The notes under the pieces are model-generated. The model had not been told where the DNA came from. It saw nothing but the letters and a program-made list of their open reading frames with translations, and did not search any database. This document shows, piece after piece, positions 37,958 through 50,400 of a stretch of DNA of 64,000 nt (position 1 is the first letter of the stretch; every line of letters starts with the position of its first letter). Position numbers and translations under genes: made by a program. Source of the stretch: Podarcis vaucheri. Its lineage: Eukaryota. The stretch lies in assembly GCA_965113315.1 (NCBI GenBank), contig OZ220363.1; one strand, written 5' to 3'.

Positions 37958-38985
37958 AAGCTTGATCTTTTTTATTTTTTGGCACTTGACTTTTGGCAAG
38001 TGATTCATATGGACTGAAATAATTGATCTGTAAATATATATTTTAAAAAATATTTTTGTACCTACCTGAACCAGACAAAGTCCAAGGATAGACGCTATGA
38101 CTTATAGTCATTATTATTTGACTTTAAAACAATTTTTCATTTGACATGTACATACTGTATATAGCCGCAGATAACGGTTATGGAGCTTTGTACCATTTAT
38201 TTTATGACATTTTAAAATGTAACTTTTGGAACAAACCGTTGGTAGGAGAAAGTTTCTTAGGGAACGAATACCCTGCTCAACATTTAACTAATTTTTGTGC
38301 CTCAACAAAATGTTGATGTCTAAGAATGCCTCAACAGGTAGAGAGGCTCCCTGTTGAAGACTTATTTTACCGACACCTAAGAGATGATGCTGTGCACGGT
38401 TTCATTATACGTGCACGAATTTATTTTGAATCAGAGACATAAGGCATTGGTGAGGTTTGCAAATACCCTCCTGTAAGCCACACTTTAATATCTTATGTTA
38501 CATCTGATCGACGTCAAAACTATATTTTGTTCATGACTGACTCGCAATACCTTGAACAAAGTGCAAGCGGCCAGCATTTTGTTCAGCACCTATCGTATTG
38601 TTTCTGACACGCCAACTACCCAAATAGCTTTCCAATAAAGTAACATCACCTGGCCATCCCGTTAAAAAAAAAAAAGCCATTTGGGTACTTGAGTGCAGAA
38701 ACAGTACCAACTCTTGGAGGTTCCTAGGATGCAGTGATTGTGTGGTAGCAATTAGGATTTTGGCTAGATACTGTCAACTGCAGGCAACTAAGATTTGAAC
38801 CACAGTTTAAGAAAAGCTAAAACTGTTGTTATAACATCACATCTTGCCCTGAACTTAGGAAAAAAAATGAATTAGTTTTATTTTATGTAGTAGTAAGTTG
38901 TTCGGTTAGCTGTTTTGTTGAACCTCCTCGAGATAGTATTGTTCATTTGAAATAAAGCATGCTACCTGCACCTCATCAAGTGTAT
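37958..38985 (+). other. TTN: TTN 3'UTR (~1 kb; end approximate)
   Basis: AT-rich, repeat-free stretch from the stop to AATAAA at 38951 and a following GT/T-rich element. Confidence 0.7.
38951..38956 (+). terminator. Probable main TTN polyadenylation signal
   Basis: AATAAA followed ~25-60 nt later by gtgtatgtttctggtctttgtgtg...tttattttt. Confidence 0.7.
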
Positions 38986-40235
38986 GTTTCTGGTCTTTGT
39001 GTGAGCTTTCTTTATTTTTGGATGCCTGCATTTACCACATTCAGCCACTGTCCATTTTAAGTCAGATTTGTCCCTGCTTATATTCGCTCTTCGCTACATC
39101 CAACAAAAACTACATCTCCTGAGATGTACAGTATCCATTATTGGAATACATTTGGGACAATTCCTAATTTTTAATAAGAGAACAGGCCACATAGGTAGCA
39201 CATTAGCAATAGAAGAAAAAGAAAAAGAAAGGCCTCAAAGTCAATAGGCTGAGGTAAAAATGGTCATAAAAGTGGAAGGCATTGCCCAGGGAGGGAAGTG
39301 TGGTTTACAAGCGAAATATTATAACCTAAAATGACTTCATTAATTTGTACCTTTTTTAAATAAAACAACTCATTAGGAGGCCCAGAAACCAAATGCCTAG
39401 GCCTGTCGGCACTTCTTGCCTTCTTCAGTCCCAGCCATGGACCAATGGAGGTGTTATGGTGTACTGAAGAGAGAATTAAATGCAGTAGTGTATAAATGCT
39501 ATGCGAAGTATAGATAATGATCCTCACAGGTGTGGATGTTCAGTTGTATTGTAGTGTTAGTTCCTGAAGTACAGTGAAATGGCAGGGCTGGGAAGGGAGA
39601 GGTAGCAAGAGAGTGGGATCCCCTTTTGTCAGCTTCAGGCTTCTATTTTCCTCAAATTCACTCCTCAGCTGTTGACTCAGCTGCTTAAACTCCCCTGGCA
39701 ATAACCGCGAGTCGTTATGCAATGATGCCACCAATTAAAGCTATGCAAAAGAAAAAGATCCACAACAGCAAAATGCAGGAACGCAAATGAACAAACCACT
39801 CCCACTCCCACTTGGACCTTTCCTAGGAAGAGAACGGCTATTTTTACTCACTTGAATTACCAGATTATCTACAAAGAAGTCCCCTGTACCAAGTCTCATC
39901 CTTTATCTGCCAGTTTACTTTTTCACTACATTTCCAAGTACGATGGATCCATAAATCTGCCACCTACATAAAGATGGATCGGCGATGCTTTCAAAGGGTC
40001 CTTGGCAGGGCGTGCCGCCAGAAGCCAGAGATTTGGGTGGCCATTTGGCTTTCAGATGCCCCAGCAAATTTGAAAATTTAGGAACACAGGAAGCTGTCAT
40101 AGCCGAGCAGGATTTGTCCATGTGGCCTAGTAGCACCTACACTAACTGGCAGCAGCTCTGCAGGATATCAGGCAGAGCTTTTTCACTTTGTCTATCTTCC
40201 CCCATTCCTTTTAGCCTGCCATACCCTTTCAGCTA

Positions 40236-40580
40236 GAGACGCGGGTGGCGCTGTGGTCTAAACCACTGAGCCAAGGGCTTGCCGATCGGAAGGTTGGCGG
40301 TTCGAATCCCTGCGACGGGGTGAGCTCCTGTTGTTCGGTCCCTGCTCCTGCCAGCCTAGCAGTTCGAAAGCACGTCAAAGTGCAAGTAGATAAATACCGT
40401 AGGTACTGCTCCAGTGGGAAGGTAAACAGTTTCCGTGCGCTGCTCTGGTTCGCCAGAAGCGGCTTAGTCATGCTGACCACTGTACACCAGCTCCCTCGGC
40501 CAATAAAGCGAGATGAGTGCCGCAACCCCAGAGTCGGCCACGACTGGAGTTAATGGTCAGAGGTCCCTTTACCTTTACTG
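40236..40580 (+). mobile_element. Sauria SINE, near full length
   Basis: tRNA-like head (A box ggtggcgctgtgg, B box ggttcgaatccc), (ACCTTT)n tail, 9-bp TSD tttcagcta (40227-40235 / 40581-40589). Confidence 0.92.
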
Positions 40581-41009
40581 TTTCAGCTACCTGAACTTTG
40601 GAAATACGGTACTTTGGATCTCAGCTGGTGTTGACTGTCTACTGGGGTTTTGAGATGGATGTGGAGTAAATGGGTGGTGTGCCACTAGGATTTAATAACT
40701 CACTGGGGCAGAGGTAATGTGTCCAGTAAGTCCAAGACTCCTTCCCCATGAGTGAGAGTCTATGGGCAATATAAGACAGATAGGGCACCATTTCATATTT
40801 TGATTCAGCTGCAAAATTGTCCTGATTCCAAATTTGAATATGATGTCATTATTAGCACAGGCATTAGCTGGGTGAAGCTGAGGCCCTCTAATTCCCCACC
40901 TCCCCCAAAACATGCTAGTTTATTTTGGTATCTTTCCTTTCCTGTTCCAAAATGCCACATCATGTAATAGGAGCTGGCATGTGACTTTCAGATTATGGCT
41001 ATTTTATTC

Positions 41010-41453
41010 TGTTTGTTGAATTTATACACCACCCTATATCTGGAGGTCTCAGGGTGGTTCGCAGAACAAAATCAAAATATAAAACCACAAAATATATAAT
41101 CAAAATAAAAACAACCACCCAATAACACACACCCCCAAAAAAACCCCACATTTTAAAAGGGCATAGGATGTAAAATCAAATCAATTAAAGGCCTGGTTAA
41201 AAAGGAATGTTTTTGCATAGCGCCAAAAGGTGTATAATGAAGGTGCCAGGCGAACTTCCCTGGGGAGAGCATTCCACAGATGGGGAGCCACTGCAGAGAA
41301 GGCCCTCTTCTCGTGTTGCCACCCTCCGTTCCTCTTGAGGAGGCGGCACATGAAGGAGGGCCTCAGAAGATGATATCAGGGTCCGGGTAGGTTCATATGG
41401 AAAGAGGCGTTCCTTGAGGAATTGCGGTCCTGAGCCGTTTAAGGCTTTATAAT
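41010..41453 (-). mobile_element. L2-like LINE 3' fragment
   Basis: Minus-strand remnant YKALNGSGPQFLKERLFPYEPTRTLISS, typical of L2 ORF2 C-termini. Confidence 0.75.
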
Positions 41454-42515
41454 CAGGTCTCTGCTGCTTTTTCGCAGCTCCACAAAATGCAATCCGGAAT
41501 CTGTACAAAACTGGCAAGTCCATGATGGTCACTGCAGCTCAAGTAGTAGTAGCAAGACCTGGTGAACCAGAGCTGCCATGTCATGCCCTGCAAACCATCA
41601 GCCAGAAGCTAGTGGTTTTGTTTTTTTGTTTGTTATTTATTTGGTACAAGACTAATTTTTTTTAAAAAGGCCAAAGACACCATCCCTTTTAGGAGTCTGT
41701 GAAAACAGTAAACTCCAACAAACTTTATCTTATGCGTACATCAGTGGAAAAATAGTGCAGAAAAACAAAACAAAAACAAAAAAGAATGTTAGAAACTTGT
41801 GGACAGGCTGTGAAGAAAAGACAACAGAAGTCCTGAAACACACACAGGTTCATACTGGAGTGAAGAGGCCAAGAATGTAGTGTATCAGTGGATCTCAGTA
41901 CTTTATATTAATCACAGCACCAACAATTTATTATAAGCATGCAGAAAGGCAGGCAGACAGACAGACAGAAAGAGACACGTGAGAGAGATCTCTGAATGGA
42001 GCAGAGCATATAATTGAATTTGGAGAAGAAAATGGAGGAAATGAAGCACTCTGAATTTTAGCTGCTATATAAATATGGTGGGAAGCCTATCCAGACAATA
42101 ATAAGCAAGGTTTCTGGCAGTAGTCAAGCTGTGAAATTGCTGTATGCAAGTTGGACTTGCAGCGATGTCTTCCTGTGGGATACTCCATTCTACCTTCTCC
42201 CCTGTTTTCTTCTGTTCTTTCTTCCAAACTGGCACTCAATTGTGCATGCTCAATCTTCATTGGGTTGGACTGTTTTGTTGTTGTTGCTACTTGTTTCATT
42301 AATTTTAAAAAATGTGTGTTATTTTACTTCTGCGGTTGGGAGGGACAGAAGAGTGTGATTTCTCTCACCTTGCTGTGCATTACCTTTACACACAGTGAAG
42401 CTCCTCCAAGCAAGCCCTGTGACTACCAAATGAAAGCATCCTAACAGGAACCAAATATAGCCGAAAAGATTTGACCAGAAAACAAAGTTGTGCATGCCTG
42501 CGTGTAAAAACTGTA

Positions 42516-42521
42516 TTTATT
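42516..42521 (-). terminator. Probable PLEKHA3 polyadenylation signal (3'UTR ~1.85 kb)
   Basis: tttatt on + strand (AATAAA on -) followed on - by T/GT-rich sequence. Confidence 0.5.
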
Positions 42522-43851
42522 GAACACTTACATTTTAAAAGAAAGCTTCTTCTTTTTTTAACATTTTTATAAAAGTGCTCCATGGCCAAGACATAATATA
42601 CCAAGTTTATCCCAAAGTGAATACAAAAACAAAGAATTTACATTTCAAAACACTAACAACTTTGGGCTCAATTCGTCAGAAATTTCTGTGCAAACCTTGC
42701 TGAAATTTAAGCTGCTTTTCCCCCTTTTGCTTTTTGCAAGGACAGCCTGTGCAAGAAAGGTTTCTGACAAACTGGGCCCAAAATATATGGTAGGTGGTGG
42801 CTAAGTTACATGGTTCATTCTCTGGTTCAGAGTGTGTTTCTCGGCTCAATTAGAAATGAATTCGTATTTGTCATTCAAGTTAACTGAGAGGAGAATATTG
42901 CTGTACAAGTATGCTCTTCTGAAGTTATTGGGCTCACAATGATAAAAGCCACCCTCCCCCTTTGGTATAAATAGATCATAAATAAATGTACAGCTGCAGC
43001 TATGAATACGTTACAACAGCATCTCAAGAGCATATTTTAGAAACTGGAGCTAAAATAACACTTTGGTAAAAAGACACATCAAGGATATCTTGCTGTTTAG
43101 CGAAAAGGAGGGGCAGAATCCAGCCAAAGTCAAGTATTTCTTAGTCCCATGTGCTTTACATATTCTTCAACTGAAATCAAGTGCACACTTTGGGTTGGAT
43201 CATGTCCCACGATTTTTAAAAAACAATGCTATTTAGTAATGGAACACACCTCAGCGACGATTAAGCACATCTCACCCCCCAACCCCACCCCAGTATTGAC
43301 AAGGAGGCATTTTGTGGTGCAAAAAGGAATAAATACATCAAAACGTTAAAATACCTTTACCCCATGTATAATGCCTCGGAAATCAGATAATTTATATGAC
43401 TATTTAGAAAAATACTTCACATCTAACACTTTTTTTAATTGGCTAGACTTTGGGTGCAAGCCAGAGAAATGCAGGTGTTCTGAGTCCAAGAAAAGAAAAG
43501 GCACAAGAAAGGAACAGGAAAGGAAAGAGAAAAGGATGGAATTTAAGAATTTAGAGCAAGATTCTGCCAAACCTAAGCAAGCTACAATCTCATTGGTTTC
43601 ATTCTCATTAAAACCAAGAGGGCTTCAGAGGGCTTAATTTTGGCTGGAACATGCCCTGAGACTATACTCAAGTGTCACTAATTCCAACCAGACGGAAGAG
43701 ATCCAAGTTGCAGAGATGATGCCCTTATGTACACCACGGTTTTTAAGAAGGGGAAAATATTAAATTACCAATAAACCATGTTTTAGGAATACCATCTCAG
43801 TCTAAATGTGAGAAAAAGCATCCCCTGGCATGAAAGGTGCAACCACGAGCC

Positions 43852-43902
<51 letters not shown>
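43852..43902 (+). repeat. (AAT)~17 microsatellite inside the probable PLEKHA3 3'UTR
   Basis: Perfect trinucleotide run. Confidence 0.97.
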
Positions 43903-43903
<1 letters not shown>

Positions 43904-44350
43904 GGTAGCACTGCCACTCAATTCAATAGAAAGTGAACTGTGTGCAAGAATAGGATATTGTACCAGCAAAGCAACGATGTGTTCAAGTGAGCAGTCCGGT
44001 CTATGGCACAAGTTTTCCCTATCCCAATGTAAAACTTTTTTTTTTTTTTTGTCAAGGCTCTAAACGACCATCACACTTTGTAAAAAGGAGGGCTACATTT
44101 GTAAAGGTACATTACCTATCCGTCGAACCATAATTTGTTTCAAAAATGCACAAACTGAAGGTTGTAGGAAAATATTCTTGCAAATAAACTATATAAAGAT
44201 AAAATACGCTTTGAAGTTAGTTTTTACATTATTCTATAAAGTGCAGAGAAATCCTTCACACAGGGAACGAACTACCCCCCTACGACAACAGGAGAAGTAC
44301 AGCAGCTTTTGCATAGCATTACTTAGAGAAAGGTGATTCCGTTCAGTTCT

Positions 44351-44475
44351 TCAGGATGTAGGCGGTAGAGTCTCTTCGCGTTCTGATTGTTTCTTTGACA
44401 CCAACAGGGCTGTGTCGGAAAAGGTTGAAAGCGCCAAGTCTCCATTGAGAGTATGCCTGGAACAGTAAGCTGGTC
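44351..44475 (-). CDS. PLEKHA3: PLEKHA3 exon 8, coding part with stop
   Basis: gtag|GACCAGCT...; [17 protein letters not shown]...ETLPPTS-TGA. Confidence 0.92.
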
Positions 44476-47400
44476 CTACAAAGAGACAGATCGGGGTTTG
44501 TTTTCAACTGTGCCTTGAAAAATGTTGCATTTAGTCATTTTGGCACACGTTGCACAAAAATGTTGTGCTCCATCCTATCCAATGTGCTCAGCACAGAACT
44601 ATAGGGTGGGAAGAGATCAACATATGGCTGAAAGAAGCTTCTTAACCTCCCTTCATCTCTCCCTGCTGGACCTTGACAAGCTGGGTGCCTTATATAAAGT
44701 TAGACTATTTGACCATCCAGCCCAGTCTTGTCGACCCTGATTGACTCTTCAGAGGGCCTTTTCCACACCTCCAAATGGGGCAGGGCATAAAGAGAAAGGA
44801 TCTAAGTTTGGCCCAGTAAAAATATACAGGTATGATTTCAATTCTTAAAAATCATTTGCACTCTATGTGGGGCTACTTTTAAAGTGACTTGGAAACTACA
44901 ACTAATCCAGAACGTGGCCGCTAGACTGGTGACTGGGAGCAGGCACCAGGACCACATAACACTGGTCTTAAAGGATCCACATTGGTTCCCAGTATGTTTC
45001 CAAGCACAATTCAAGGTGTTGGTGCTGACCTTTAAAAGCCTTGTCCCTGTATAATTGAAGGAACATCTCCACCCCCATCGTCCAGCCCAGACACTGAGAT
45101 CCAGCTCTGAGGGCCTTCTGGTGGTTCCCTCTTTGTGAGATGTGATGTGACAGGGAACCAGGCTTCTTGGTAGTGGTGCCCTCCCATCAGATGTCAATGA
45201 GATTAATAACTATACAACTTTTAGAAGAAATCTGAAGGCAGCTCTGTATAAGGAAGTTTTTAATGTTCAATGTCTTATTGTGTTATTCTATCAGCTGAAA
45301 GCTGCCCAGAGTGGCTGGGGGAAACCCAGTCAGATGGGCAGAGTACAAATAATAAATTTATTATTATTATTACTAGTATTAAAAAGTCTAGAGCAAGTCT
45401 CCCAAAGAAGCATGAACTAGTGCCAAGCCTATTTCCATCAAGCACCAAATGATGAATACGGATATTTAGATACCGTATTTTGCGCCCCATAAGACGCTCC
45501 GGCCCATAAGACGCACCTAGTTTTTTGAAGGGGAAATAAAGGGGAAAAAAATTATTTTTCCCCCCCCCCCAGGTGCGGGGCTGGAATAACCAGGTCGGGG
45601 AACAGTGGGAAGGCACGCTCTGCCTCCCCGCTGTCCCCCGAGCTTGTGGGGCTGGCGATGGGCAGAGCTGTGCTGATCCCGGGATGGCAGGCAGCTCTGC
45701 GCCGCCATCCGGAGCGGGGCAGGACTTAGCGCCCCGCTCCGGATGGCGGCGCAGAGCTGCGCTGGTCCCAGGATCGCAGGCAGCTCTGCACAGCCACCAG
45801 GAGCGGGGCGGAGCTTCTCCCCCGGCTCCTGGTGGCCGGGCAGAGCTGTGCTGGTCCCAGGACCGCAGGCAGCTCTGCGCAACCCTCGGAGCCGGTCTCC
45901 CGAGGGTTGCGCAGAGCTTCCTGAAGCCTGGAGAGCGAGAGGGGTCGGTGCGCACCGACCCCTCTCGCTCTCCAGGCTTCAGCGAAAGCCTGCATTCGCC
46001 CCATAAGACGCAGGCACATTTCCCCTTCATTTTTGGAGGGGGAAAAGTGCGTCTTATGGGGCGAAAAATACGGTACCCCAAATCTCTGAATTTAATTTGT
46101 GCTATGTGTGCGCAGAGCAATCACTTGCAGGCAGCACATGTATGTTTAAATGGCCACATTTCCCTATGAGAAAAACAGATGTGATCATCATTCCTGTATT
46201 TATGGCGAAGAAACTCACTCCTATAAACTAACATGCACTTCACAATGGGCAGCAGCATGCCTGTGCTTTGCCATTTTAAAAGTCTCCTACTTTTTCATAC
46301 CTATGTTCAAAAAGTATAGATGGAGTCCACATGGAGGCTCTTGAATGTGCCAAAAGGCAAGCTGCAAACTCCTTGAGCACCCACCTTGGCTGGGGCAATG
46401 CAGGAGACTACGTTGCTCATTGCTGTAGCGGATTTGTTACTGGATAGATAATGGCCGTGGAGCCTTCTATCTCAAAGCAGAACAAGAATCCAACTGAAGC
46501 ACAAAGATAGTAGAATGCACATGGGTACACCAGAACTTACTATCTATATCATCAGGGGGAACATCTACAGATGGTTCTGGATCTAAGACTGTCCTTCTCC
46601 ACCTTTGGGATAACCGGTGAGAGGATGAATTTGGTTCTTTTACAGAGTGACTGCTCCTGCAAATGAAATAGCATTGCACATTTCATTACGTGTCCTTAAC
46701 ACCCAAAGTTCTCTCCAGCTCATCTTACTTAATTTTAAAAATGGTCTTTGTTTGGTACACTTTCCTGAAATAAGGTACCAAAAAATATTAAAGAGAAACA
46801 GGAGTTCTGTATGTGGAAGGGATCTCCATGGGAGACACATGGGCATCCACTCACAACAAGAGGAGACGTCCATCATGTGTCACATACTTGGAAGTCGAAC
46901 GGAATCCATTCCGGAAGTCCGTTCCAACTTCCAAAACGGTTGAAAACCAAATCGAGGCTTCTGATTGGCTGCAGGAAGCTCATGCAGCCAAACAGAAGCC
47001 GTGGAAGCCTCATCGGACATTAGGCTTCCAAAAGAATGTTCACAAACTCGAACAGTCACTTCTGGGTTTGGCGAACAAACCAAAATCAACCCCCCCCCAA
47101 TCAACTAAGTAATAGTTGTGGGGTTGGATCCAGATTTGCCCTTTGGGGAAATAAAGAGCTCTTTCCGTTAGTGTAAGCGAGTGAGATCCAGCAGAGGCTG
47201 TCACTGGAAGAATCAGAAGGCCATTTCTCCCTTCCCTCTGAAATCCCCACAGTGCCACCTCTCCCATTTGTTCTGCAGGGTCCTTAACCCTCTGAAACAT
47301 GTTTTTTTTTTGGGGGGGAGGATAGGGAAAAACAAATGAACAAAAAATCCTCTCTCCTGTCCTTCCCTTTCTTTCATCAAGCGCAGCACTGTTGCAATGT

Positions 47401-50400
47401 GCCTAGTTAGTCGGTGACCAAGAGTTGGAGGCCCAGGCTCAGAAAAACACCTATACAGTGGTACCTTGGGTTAAATACTTAATTCGTTCCAGAGGTCCGT
47501 TCTTAACCTGAAACTGCCCTTAACCTGAGCCCCACTTTAGCTAATGGGGCCTCCTGCTGCCGCCACACCGCTGGAGCACGATTTCTGTTCTTATCCTGAA
47601 GCAAAGTTCTTAACCTGAAGCACTATTTTTGGGTTAGCGGAGTCTGTAACCTGAAGCGTATGTAACCTGAAGCGTATGTAACCTGAGGTACCACTGTACA
47701 GAGGATAGGTGTGAGGATAAAACTGGGAGGGAGAGGACCATGTATGCCACCTTTGGCTTCTTGGAGGAAAAAGGCGTTATCTAAAAGAAACATAAATATA
47801 CAGATAAACAAAAAAAGAATTTGGATTTGATATCCCGCTTTATCACTACCCGAAGGAGTCTCAAAGCGGCTAACATTCTCCTTTCCCTTCCTCCCCCACA
47901 ACAAACACTCTGTGAGGTGAGTGGGGCTGAGAGACTTCAGAGAAGTGTGACCAGCCCAAGGTCACCCAGCAGCTGCATGTGGAGGAGCGGAGACGTGAAC
48001 CCGGTTCCCCAGATTACGAGCCTTAACCACTACACCAAACTAGCTCTCTAACAAGAGCTGTAACCAAGGCTAGTTCTTGGCTACAACTGGTGGTTAGTGA
48101 GAACAGAACTTAAACACATGTCCTGGTTCAGATGACATGCTATGTCAAACCTTGGTTTAGTGTGACAAAGCAATAAATAAAAAGTACCGGAGAGAAGCAC
48201 GCTATTTGTCAGCTCCAGGAACCTCCATATTTGTGCACGTCATGCAAAGCAGCTTTCTGTGGGTGGTATTCAACAATTAAATTTTACTCATAGTAGATCC
48301 ATTGAAGTGAATGGGCCTGACTTTGCCATGCTCATTCATTTCAATGGGTCTGGCTCTGAGTGAAACTTGGCTGAATACCATACTGCGAGTTTGGATTAAC
48401 CAGGAAACAGATAACTGCTTTTTTATTTGAGACGATACGGGGCTTCATATAATAATAATGAAGAACCTTTCTATTTATTGGTTGGCTGGTTGGTTTCCAG
48501 ACTTTAAAAAGTAATACGTTCGCCATTTTGTACTTACCTCTCTGGATTACAAGTACCTGGGTGGCTAACAGAACGTTTCATCTAGAAAATAATTTTAAAA
48601 CAAAACAGGTTATTACATACTTCCTAATTCTTTGTTGGTTATCTGTATCTTAAGGATGATGCTTTCTTTAATAAAGAAAAAATAAGGGATGGATTGGGTG
48701 GGTGTTTGTTTTATTTTGAAGCAGGTAATTTTAAACATAGGATGCTGTCTCATATAGAGTCAGAATACTGGTCCATCTAGTTCAGTATTGCCTACACTGA
48801 ACTGGCCAAACAATTAAACCCCTGTGTTGCAAACAATTATCAGTAATATCCAAGGCAAGTTTACCAAGTACAACAATGCGATGTCAATATAAACAATATA
48901 ATCTATACACAACATTGAACAGTATGAAATATGCATCTGTACCAAATGTACAGAAATCTTATAAATCTCTGAAAATCACAAATTATGCACTCTTGATGGA
49001 TTCTCTTGGAAACATAGAACCAAATAAACGTAACTGTACATTTGGTTTTGCAGAGTTTTTCCTTGGATATTACTACAATGAACTAGCAGCAGCTTTCCTG
49101 GGATTCAAACAGGAAATTGCCCAGCCCTACTTATTTATTTCATAAAATTTATAAACCTCTTGATTGCAAAAAACAACAACAACAACCCCAAACCCTCAAA
49201 GCAGTGAATATGTTGAGGACTGGACCAGGGTGCAACCTCCTGTGTACAACAAAGCAGATGTTCTATCATGGCCTCCCCTTTTGGAGGAAGGGCAACGTTA
49301 AAAACAGAAACACATAAAATAAAACAATAAACATAGATCCAGTGTGGCCAGGTGGTTAGAGAGTGCTAACTAAGGCTGGGGGGTGGGGTGGCCAGAGTTC
49401 AAATTCCCATTCAACCACAAAGCTCCATGGGTAATTTTGGGCTCTTGGCCTACCCCAGAGTAGTTGTGAGGATAAAACAGGGAGGAGCCATGTAGGCCGC
49501 CCCAGAGCTCCTCAGAGGGAAGGCTGGAGAAAAATGACAAACGTATTTCACTCACAAATAAATCCCACTGACTTTATTGGGCACTGAAAGGCCTCACTGA
49601 CTACCCCAAAACATATCCAAGTTTGCTTCCACACACACATGCAGCCAGGCATTTGCAGACACTTAAAAATGTAAACACTTACCGTATTTTTTGCTCTATA
49701 AGAATCACTTTTCCCCTCCTAAAATGGGAAATGTGTGTGCATCTTATGGAGCAAATGCAGGCTGCGCAGCTATCCCAGAAGCCAGAACAGCAAGAGGGAT
49801 CGCTGCTTTCACCGCACATCGATCCCTCTTGCTGTTCTGGCTTCTGAGATTCAGAATATTTTTTCTCTTGTTTTCCTCCTCCAAAAACTAGGTGCGTCTT
49901 AGGTCTGGTGCGTCTTATAGAGCGGCGAAAAATACGGTATTTATTGGTGAGGATCGCAGCCTTAATTACTCTTGAGAGAGGATCAACTCACTGACTTGGG
50001 GAAAGCAGACTATGGCAGTTTGGGGGAACCTATCCTTTTGAAAACCACCCTACCACCATAATCTCTCAAATTCTCTCCAGTCTGGGGGGGGGGGGGAGAG
50101 AGAGATTAAAAAATGTCCAACCATTTGCACAGGTGAAGGCGACACAGGAGAAACTAAAGGATCCGGATGAGGCAACTGAAACATCTCTGGCTTGAACTTG
50201 GCATTTGCTATTTTCACACATTCTTCGAGGGTCGTGATAAACGTGTCACAGGTAGCGCTGAGCAAGGAGGACGCTTCGTTCATATTCTGGAAACACGGAA
50301 GCAATTGAGAAAGGTGAATTCACTTAACATTTGTGGCCCGATAAAAGCTTTTTGGTGAAACAAGAGATGCTGGCTGGGCAACCCGTCAACTCTTTAATGA

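Noticed and set aside
40236-40320. tRNA genes (also ~52700 and 55540-55600)
   Set aside because: A and B boxes are SINE heads continuing into SINE bodies or LINE-like tails; no complete cloverleaf.
45662-45918. CRISPR array
   Set aside because: Vertebrate intron, no cas genes, and the spacers are self-complementary and related to each other; the array lies inside a TIR element.
45275-46169. Long ORFs of 281 aa (-) and 198 aa (+)
   Set aside because: Caused by the GC-rich palindromic MITE; the same peptide appears on both strands and there are no transposase motifs.
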